The notes beneath the pieces are model-generated. The model was not told where the DNA came from. It did not search any database and saw only the letters and a list, made by a program, of their open reading frames with translations. This document shows, piece by piece, positions 25,838 through 32,000 of a DNA stretch of 32,000 nucleotides. Origin of the DNA: an uncultured Clostridia bacterium (GTDB lineage: Bacteria; Bacillota; Clostridia; Christensenellales; UBA1242); NCBI GenBank assembly GCA_946630785.1, contig CAMOZC010000003.1:78-32077 (forward strand), in the 5' to 3' direction. Every line of letters starts with the position of its first letter. Position 1 is the stretch's first letter. The translations under genes and the position numbers were made by a program.

Positions 25838-28393
25838 ATGCATAAAGCAAAAATCAAACAATTTTTATTCATTATTGCTACAATTTTTTATATCACAATT
25901 CCAGCTTTCTTCTTAACGGCTTGCGGTGGAAACAGTAGTGGCGATTCAGATTCGCTTATGAATATTTATATTATGACTGATAATAACCCAGACTTTTTGT
26001 CGCAGACTGCTTATATTGATGAAACATATGGGGTTAGGTTAAGTGATATTCTTCAAAGAGTGTCGTATGTATTTGAATTCAGTAATGGAAAGAAAAAGAA
26101 CAAAGATGAATTAACTGAAGCTGAAATTGAAAAAATCTTAAGTTTGGGAGAGCCAGCTGAAAAGTATTATTTAGGTAGTTATCCAGAAAATGGTGGAGAT
26201 GCCATTTGGACAGAAGTTGAAGAAATTAGTCAGAATATCGTTCTAGATGTTGGTATGTATAAAATTGTTTATATGATTGCTGGACGTGGCTTGGAATTAC
26301 AAATCTCAATTCAGCAATCTGAGGAAGATACAACTAATTTACGTATTTCAGTTGTTCCGAATAGTAGTAGTAGTTATAACAGTAATTCTAATTACAAATT
26401 CGGTTGTCCAACCTATCAAAATTATCAATTTAATCCAGCAACCTACACTTCGGATTATAAAGTACAGGTTTATGATTATAAAACCAATAAAATTGTTTCA
26501 GGTTCAAAAGTAACCAAGGTTTATGCGTTGCCGCAAACCGCACCGGAAGATAATACAATTCAGTCATGGTGGGATGGGGTATCTGATGTGGAAATCCATG
26601 CCGGTGATAATCTAATAATTAAATATGATGAAATTAATTGTGAAAATAGTTATTCAAAAAAATCAATGCAACAAAATTTCTTAAGTTCTTATGTTCAGGA
26701 AATTACCATTACTAATTATAACGATGCGGAGTCAAGTACTTTAATGTACGATGATAGCACCATGGTTGTTAATACTGAAAGTCTTAAACCTGGACGCTAT
26801 TATTTGATTGCTGAATATCATGATGAAAATCATACGGGTGGTTATACAACACCCAAATCATCAAATACATTGGAAGTAAAAAAAGGCGACTTTGTTTGGA
26901 AGAATACAATTCATAAAGATTGTGAAGATTATAATGAGGCAGAAGCAACAAATTTCATTAAAAGTTTAACATTTAATATTGATTATTGGTTTAACACATC
27001 TATTGAGAATCCACTTTTTACAGTTGGAACTGAAAAAGCACTTCCAATGGATTTATTGAAAACTTTAACGATTGACATTAATTCGACTTATCCTGAAATT
27101 GACGACCCACATCAACCGGATGGCAGGAATGTTTGGCAAAATTATATGAATAGTAGTCCAGTCTGCATTGGTGGTCGTGGTGCTTTTGGTTGGTATAAAC
27201 TTGAATTAACTGGTAAAAAGTATCTTGAAGGTAGTACTAATGGAACTACCGTTGTTGGTCTTGATTGTTCGGATATGGAAAATGGAAGTATTAAGCTTCA
27301 AGCTAAAATCAAATTTGATGACGAGTATTCGGATTTAAAAGATTATTACAATGAAGACCAAACCATTTATCCGGTAATTGTAACGCTTCATAAAGGTCGT
27401 GTAAGTAAACCAACAATTAAATATATTGATGGTTTATCTGAAAGAAACGGAAAATATTCGTTTGAATATAATGGGCAGATGCGAAATTTGGAAGTTGAAG
27501 CTGGTTATGAAAATAGTGAAGTACAATTTTTCACAATTTCTGGTGATAGATTAGCCACCAATGTAGGTAATAGTTATACTTTAACTTATAAATTAAAGGA
27601 CAATGTTAACTATGAGATTGATGATTGTGAATCTGATCAGGTTGAATTTAATTGGGAAATTAGAAAGATTACTTTGAATGATGTTAATGAAGAATTCACT
27701 ACAAGTTACTTATATAATAACATTGTTGTTGAAAATGAGTATGGTAATATTAACGATTGTTATATTACTTATGTTCCGGGAGCTGAAAACAAAATTATCG
27801 CCACTGTTTCAAGTGAAAAATATACGATCATAAAAACTGCAGCCGTACAAAATGGTGAAAATGTTAGTATGCAGTATGTGTTTGAAGATGATAATTGTCC
27901 AGGTGTGATTGGTAAACGCATCGTTTTACCCGATGAAGAAAACGGTTTGGTTGATGGTCAGTTTATCTTTGAATTTGATGGATGCGAAAGTGATTCGTCT
28001 TACGTAACGATTCATATCTTAGTTGGTGCAACTTCTGTTTCTGAAAATTATACTTCTCATAATGCACTTCAAATTTTCATTGAAAAATTAGCCTATACAG
28101 AAGAAGAACTTGCTGAAATTTATGGTACATCTTTTGAAAAAAACAATGATAATCATTATACCGCAACGTTCAATATTGTTGTAGATGGTGAAAGAAAAAT
28201 TTCATCAACTGCAGTCCCTGAAGTTTCTACTACACATGGAGTATGGAAAATATATTATGTAGATAATGGTAATTACGTTGAAGTCATTCCTAGTGAGACT
28301 GTATTGCCTGACTTCGTCGGATGTTTAGTGTACCGGTTTGTTTCAAACGATAATATGTATGAAGATATTGGTGATGTTTCTGTAAACATTTGA
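25838..28393 (+). CDS. orphan 851-aa lipoprotein
   Basis: Signal peptide MHKAKIKQFLFIIATIFYITIPAFFLTAC with lipobox L-T-A-C (Cys29), followed by a GGNSSGDSDS linker and about 820 aa of Y/T/N/E-rich, apparently beta-rich sequence. No family recognised by eye. Confidence 0.8.
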   Translation: MHKAKIKQFLFIIATIFYITIPAFFLTACGGNSSGDSDSLMNIYIMTDNNPDFLSQTAYIDETYGVRLSDILQRVSYVFEFSNGKKKNKDELTEAEIEKILSLGEPAEKYYLGSYPENGGDAIWTEVEEISQNIVLDVGMYKIVYMIAGRGLELQISIQQSEEDTTNLRISVVPNSSSSYNSNSNYKFGCPTYQNYQFNPATYTSDYKVQVYDYKTNKIVSGSKVTKVYALPQTAPEDNTIQSWWDGVSDVEIHAGDNLIIKYDEINCENSYSKKSMQQNFLSSYVQEITITNYNDAESSTLMYDDSTMVVNTESLKPGRYYLIAEYHDENHTGGYTTPKSSNTLEVKKGDFVWKNTIHKDCEDYNEAEATNFIKSLTFNIDYWFNTSIENPLFTVGTEKALPMDLLKTLTIDINSTYPEIDDPHQPDGRNVWQNYMNSSPVCIGGRGAFGWYKLELTGKKYLEGSTNGTTVVGLDCSDMENGSIKLQAKIKFDDEYSDLKDYYNEDQTIYPVIVTLHKGRVSKPTIKYIDGLSERNGKYSFEYNGQMRNLEVEAGYENSEVQFFTISGDRLATNVGNSYTLTYKLKDNVNYEIDDCESDQVEFNWEIRKITLNDVNEEFTTSYLYNNIVVENEYGNINDCYITYVPGAENKIIATVSSEKYTIIKTAAVQNGENVSMQYVFEDDNCPGVIGKRIVLPDEENGLVDGQFIFEFDGCESDSSYVTIHILVGATSVSENYTSHNALQIFIEKLAYTEEELAEIYGTSFEKNNDNHYTATFNIVVDGERKISSTAVPEVSTTHGVWKIYYVDNGNYVEVIPSETVLPDFVGCLVYRFVSNDNMYEDIGDVSVNI

Positions 28394-28401
28394 GATTTGG
28401 T

Positions 28402-28429
28402 AGAAAATAACTTTTAAAAAGTTTTTTCT
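28402..28429. terminator. AT-rich palindrome between convergent lipoprotein and rnr genes (possible bidirectional terminator)
   Basis: AGAAAATAACTTTT/AAAAGTTTTTTCT imperfect palindrome flanked by A and T runs. Almost no G:C pairs, so weak. Confidence 0.25.
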
Positions 28430-28446
28430 ATAAAGTCCGTTTAATT

Positions 28447-30144
28447 TTATCTAGCGGTGAATTCAATCTGGGATTTATGTAAGTTGACGTTTAATACTTT
28501 AACGGGTAGCGGGTCACCTATGCGAATTTTGGATTTTTTGCCAATCATTTGCATGGTGCCATCGTGGTAAAGATAATGGTCGTCAGGTAAATTTTCAATT
28601 CGGACCAAGCCCTCGGCTGTGTTTTCAGGAAGATAAACAAATACACCAAAATCAGTAATGCCGTTGACAATTCCGTTAAAGGTTTCACCAATATGTGCTT
28701 GCATGTATTCGGCACATTTTAAGTCGTCAACTTCGCGTTCGGCAGCGACTGCATCTAATTCAGTCTGTGATGATTGTTGACTGGCGGCAACGACAAAGGC
28801 GTTTAAGCGGTCAACTTGTTGACGCGTTAATTGGTTATCAAGATACATTTTGATAATACGATGAATCACTAAATCTGGGTAACGACGGATGGGAGAAGTA
28901 AAGTGACAATAGTAAGTTGCTCCCAGGGCGAAGTGTCCTACGCAATGTGGGTCATATTTTGCCTTTTGCATAGATCGCAAAGCTAAACTTGATACAATGA
29001 TTTTTACATTTTCGTCGGCTATTTGTTCCAGCATGTTTTGATATTGAAAGCCTGTTGGATTTTCAAAATCAATTTGATGTCGTATGTTGAAAGGCGTTAG
29101 TGTACTTAAAAATCGGATGACTTTCAATGAGTCTGGTTTTTCGTGGATACGATAGACGAATGGCAAGTGTAATTTATAACAGTGCTCAGCAACAACTTCA
29201 TTGGCTAAAATCATGAAAGTTTCAATGATGCGATGGCTTAAATTGTGTGGCTGTGAATACACAGATGCAATTTGTCCGTTGCTATCCAAAACAATTTTGG
29301 GTTCAGGAACGTTAAAAGTAATTTCGCCACGTGCTTGACGGTCGTGTTCAAATTTTTGTGTAATTTCAGCCATACGTAACAGCATCGTGCGGTGTTGGTG
29401 ATCTTGTTGCCCATCAAGGATTGCCTGTACTTCGTCATAAGAAAAACGGGTAACTGATTGAATTAAAGATTTTTTGATTTCGTGTTTAACCAAGTTGTAT
29501 TTTTGGTCTAATGTCATTAAAACTGATAATGTCAAACGTGGTTCATTTGGATTTAAAGAGCATACACCGTTGGAAAGTTGTGTTGGCAACATTGGTAATA
29601 CGCGGTCAGGAAAGTAAACACTGGTACCGCGGCGATAAGCTTCTTTGTCTAGTAAACTATCAGCGGTTACATATTCTGAAACATCGGCAATATGGACACC
29701 TAGTGTCATGGTTCCGTCTGGATTATCGACTAAGCTGATGGCATCGTCTAAGTCGCGAGCGTCAGCCGGGTCAACTGTAATAATTGGCAAACCACGTAAA
29801 TCAACGCGGTTATACATGGCTTTTTCAATTTTAAGTTTTGATACGCGTTCGGCTTCTTGTAAAACAGCGGCAGGAAATTCTTGTACCAATTTGTATTTTT
29901 TCATGATACTGTCAATCGTAACTGGTTGGTTTTGATGAGCGATAACACGGATAACTTCAGCATCTGGTTTATCGTTGTGTTTTTTCTTTTTGAATCTAAT
30001 TTCAACGATATCGCCGTCAACTGCGCCGTGCAAATTATCCTTTGCGATGAATATATCATTATCTTGGTCTGGAAGGTTGACAAATCCATAACCTTTCAAA
30101 GTGATTGTTAATTCTCCAGTTAACCGATTTTCTATTTTGCTCAC
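28447..30144 (-). CDS. rnr: RNB-family 3'-5' exoribonuclease (short RNase R)
   Basis: N-terminal cold-shock-like KGYGFV, RNB catalytic TVDPADARDLDDAIS, C-terminal S1 GIVNGITDFGVFVYL. 565 aa, no N-terminal HTH and no basic tail. GTG start. Confidence 0.9.
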   Translation of the reverse strand: MSKIENRLTGELTITLKGYGFVNLPDQDNDIFIAKDNLHGAVDGDIVEIRFKKKKHNDKPDAEVIRVIAHQNQPVTIDSIMKKYKLVQEFPAAVLQEAERVSKLKIEKAMYNRVDLRGLPIITVDPADARDLDDAISLVDNPDGTMTLGVHIADVSEYVTADSLLDKEAYRRGTSVYFPDRVLPMLPTQLSNGVCSLNPNEPRLTLSVLMTLDQKYNLVKHEIKKSLIQSVTRFSYDEVQAILDGQQDHQHRTMLLRMAEITQKFEHDRQARGEITFNVPEPKIVLDSNGQIASVYSQPHNLSHRIIETFMILANEVVAEHCYKLHLPFVYRIHEKPDSLKVIRFLSTLTPFNIRHQIDFENPTGFQYQNMLEQIADENVKIIVSSLALRSMQKAKYDPHCVGHFALGATYYCHFTSPIRRYPDLVIHRIIKMYLDNQLTRQQVDRLNAFVVAASQQSSQTELDAVAAEREVDDLKCAEYMQAHIGETFNGIVNGITDFGVFVYLPENTAEGLVRIENLPDDHYLYHDGTMQMIGKKSKIRIGDPLPVKVLNVNLHKSQIEFTAR

Positions 30145-30165
30145 AGCAAATTATAAGTGTATAAT
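30137..30165 (+). promoter_or_regulatory. SigA-type promoter of the HEPN-CBS gene: TTGCTC-17-TATAAT
   Basis: TTGCTC 30137-30142, 17-nt spacer, TATAAT 30160-30165, aacaat (6 nt), ATG 30172. Confidence 0.55.
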
Positions 30166-30178
30166 AACAATATGTCAA
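30150..30178 (-). promoter_or_regulatory. perfect-consensus SigA promoter of rnr: TTGACA-17-TATAAT
   Basis: Minus strand: TTGACA (30178-30173), tattgttattatacact (17 nt), TATAAT (30155-30150), ttgct (5 nt), GTG (30144-30142). Confidence 0.7.
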
Positions 30179-30189
30179 ACATGTCAAAT
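30172..30189 (+). repeat. tandem 9-bp duplication ATGTCAAAC/ATGTCAAAT
   Basis: Seen directly. Encodes MSN-MSN on the plus strand and two TTGACA hexamers on the minus strand. Confidence 0.9.
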
Positions 30190-30909
30190 TTAACAGGAAA
30201 GTCTTTGGGTACGCGTTTTTTGGATGCGTATAACGCAATTGATAAGACTTTACGTACACAATACAATTATAAGACAACGATTTCTTTTTCGGATTTGATT
30301 CGTCGTTGTGCTGATTTAAATTCGGTAATTCGTGGACACGAAAACGATTTGATTAATTTTGCGCGTTTACGCAATGCAATCGTGCATAGTAGTGATAACA
30401 ACAAAGTTATTGCGGAACCGCATTTGGATGTCGTTGAATTAATGGAGAAAATTGCATCATTGATTACGACACCACCATTGGTAATTAATGTTTTGCATCA
30501 ACGTCCAGTAACCGTTATTGATGCTACGCGTAGTCTTTATGATTTGATTAAAGAAACAGGTATTACTGGTCACGGAATGATTCCAGCTTATAAAGGCAAC
30601 ACTTTGATTGGAATTGTGCGTTGGCGCAAATTGATTGAAGATTTGGCAAAAATTTTGGATACAACCGATTTAGATGATTTTATTCGTAAAACCTCAATAG
30701 AGAATTATTTGCGTATGTATCCACAAAGTGGACACTTTACAATTGTCAGAAAAGACATTTCAATTGAACAAGCGTTAACAATCTTTAATAATAACCGTAA
30801 GATTGCAGCCATACTTTTGACAGATAATGGCACCGCCATGGAACGTCCGGTAGGCTTTTTAACCAATGCTGATATTATTGATTTAGTAAAAATTATTGAA
30901 AGTTATTAA
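30172..30909 (+). CDS. HEPN-like (Rx4H) N-terminal domain fused to a tandem CBS pair (start ambiguous: GTG 30157, ATG 30172 or ATG 30181)
   Basis: FARLRNAIVH carries R-x4-H (nt 30370-30387) in an all-helical-looking roughly 100-aa N-domain. C-terminal half has two CBS-like units (VTVIDATRSLYDLIKE...LIGIVRWRKLIEDL and FTIVRKDISIEQALTIF...VGFLTNADIIDLV). Confidence 0.65.
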   Translation: MSNMSNLTGKSLGTRFLDAYNAIDKTLRTQYNYKTTISFSDLIRRCADLNSVIRGHENDLINFARLRNAIVHSSDNNKVIAEPHLDVVELMEKIASLITTPPLVINVLHQRPVTVIDATRSLYDLIKETGITGHGMIPAYKGNTLIGIVRWRKLIEDLAKILDTTDLDDFIRKTSIENYLRMYPQSGHFTIVRKDISIEQALTIFNNNRKIAAILLTDNGTAMERPVGFLTNADIIDLVKIIESY

Positions 30910-30952
30910 AAATAATGTTAATTTATAATTGCAACTAAAAAAAGGAATAAAT

Positions 30953-32000
30953 ATGAAAAAAGAAACTGCTGTATTTGATTTTAACCATAATTATGAACCG
31001 GCCGATATCCTGGCCAAAATAAAAGAAAAAAACAAAGGCAAACCGAAGTTTAACTTTTTGGATGGTCCTGTAACTGCGAACGCGCCATTGTGTTTGCACC
31101 ATGGTTGGGGCCGTACTTTAAAGGATGCATATAACCGCTATAATTCATTGATTGGTAAAGATGTTGATTACATCTGGGGTTTTGATGCTCAAGGTATGTG
31201 GGTTGAAGTTGAAGTTGAAAAATTATTAGGGTTAAATAATAAAAAAGAAATTACGCAATATGGTGTTGATAAGTTTACCGAAAAATGTATTGAACGTGTC
31301 AATTTCTTTAAAAACCATCAAACCGAACAAAGTAAAATCTTTGAACAGTTAGGTGATTGGGACAATAGTTATATCACTAATTCTGATAAAAATATCACTT
31401 CTATTTGGCATTTCTTGAAAGTTTGTAATGACAAAAAAATGTTGAAACAAAGTTATAAAACCATGCCGTGGTGTCCGCGTTGTGGTACCAGTTTAAGTGA
31501 ACATGAAATGAGTGGTTCTTATAAAGAACGTACTCATAAAGCTGTGTTCGTTAAAGCCAAACTGGTTGACCATAACGAACGTATTTTGGTATGGACAACA
31601 ACTCCGTGGACCTTAGCTGCAAATATGGCCATTGCGGTTAATCCTGAATTTACATATTGTAAATGTGAAGTTAAGAGTGATAAAAATTTATTGATTGTCT
31701 GTGAAAAACAATTAAAAGTTTTGCGTGATGATTTAGTAAAAGTTGTCGAAAAGGTTAGTGGTGCAGATTTGGTTGGCTTAGTCTATGAACCATTCTTGCC
31801 TTTGCAAAAACAACAATTTGAACACAAAATTGTGGCTTGGGATCAAGTAGACGAAATTGATGGTTCGGGTGCTGTTCATATCGCGCCTGGTTGCGGTGCG
31901 GAAGACTTCGCATTGGGTACTAAATTACACATGGAACCATTTATTATTCCTGTTGGGGAAAATGGTGCCTTCTACGATGATTTCGAATGGTTGGCTGGTT
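30953..32000 (+). CDS. ileS: isoleucine--tRNA ligase, type-2-like, N-terminal part (3' end outside window)
   Basis: Hand translation from ATG 30953 is open to the window end. WTTTPWTLAANMAIAVNPEFTY, MPWCPRCGTSLSEHE, VHIAPGCGAEDF and RTLKDAYNRY...VEVEVEKLLGL follow the Thermus-type IleRS pattern. SD AAAGGAA upstream. Confidence 0.9.
   Translation, partial: MKKETAVFDFNHNYEPADILAKIKEKNKGKPKFNFLDGPVTANAPLCLHHGWGRTLKDAYNRYNSLIGKDVDYIWGFDAQGMWVEVEVEKLLGLNNKKEITQYGVDKFTEKCIERVNFFKNHQTEQSKIFEQLGDWDNSYITNSDKNITSIWHFLKVCNDKKMLKQSYKTMPWCPRCGTSLSEHEMSGSYKERTHKAVFVKAKLVDHNERILVWTTTPWTLAANMAIAVNPEFTYCKCEVKSDKNLLIVCEKQLKVLRDDLVKVVEKVSGADLVGLVYEPFLPLQKQQFEHKIVAWDQVDEIDGSGAVHIAPGCGAEDFALGTKLHMEPFIIPVGENGAFYDDFEWLAG

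Noticed and set aside
1-32000. Mobile elements, CRISPR arrays, recoding (TGA as Trp/Sec) and programmed frameshifts
   Set aside because: No transposase or integrase-like ORFs, no direct-repeat/spacer arrays, no terminal inverted repeats. TGA terminates several well-conserved genes at the expected length. prfA, rpoB and rpoC are uninterrupted.

Overview
Low-GC bacterial chromosomal core region (roughly mid-30s % GC, judged by eye) with Bacillota (Firmicutes)-like gene content. TGA acts as a stop codon (murC, rpmE, spmB, the lipoprotein gene), so the standard bacterial code applies. I call 29 protein genes and 2 tRNAs: partial mreB-like, M50 site-2 protease, tRNA-Met(CAU), rpsF-ssb-rpsR, murC, rpmE-prmC-prfA, nrdR, PSP1/ricT(yaaT), a possible YtxC-like ORF, thrS-rimM-trmD, rbgA-yraN, tmk-holB, spmA-spmB, tRNA-Phe(GAA), a 993-aa orphan, rpoB-rpoC plus a secG-like gene, an 851-aa orphan lipoprotein, rnr, a HEPN-like/CBS fusion gene, and partial type-2-like ileS. 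I found no transposase, integrase, CRISPR array, rRNA, or recognisable prophage or defence island. Four things deserve a second look. (1) Near-consensus SigA-type promoters sit 5-8 nt upstream of start codons with no Shine-Dalgarno at rpmE, yaaT, thrS, rnr and the HEPN-CBS gene, which suggests leaderless mRNAs. (2) The rnr and HEPN-CBS promoters are interlocked back to back, and the HEPN-CBS product pairs an Rx4H HEPN-like N-domain with a CBS pair. (3) Two large orphan proteins flank rpoBC where ribosomal-protein operons normally sit: one with glycine-zipper membrane segments and a 4x NTPGPxSIxDYDPSAN repeat, the other a lipoprotein. (4) The IleRS has non-canonical class-I signature motifs. 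All functional calls rest on motif recognition by eye. No database search, folding or statistics could be run.
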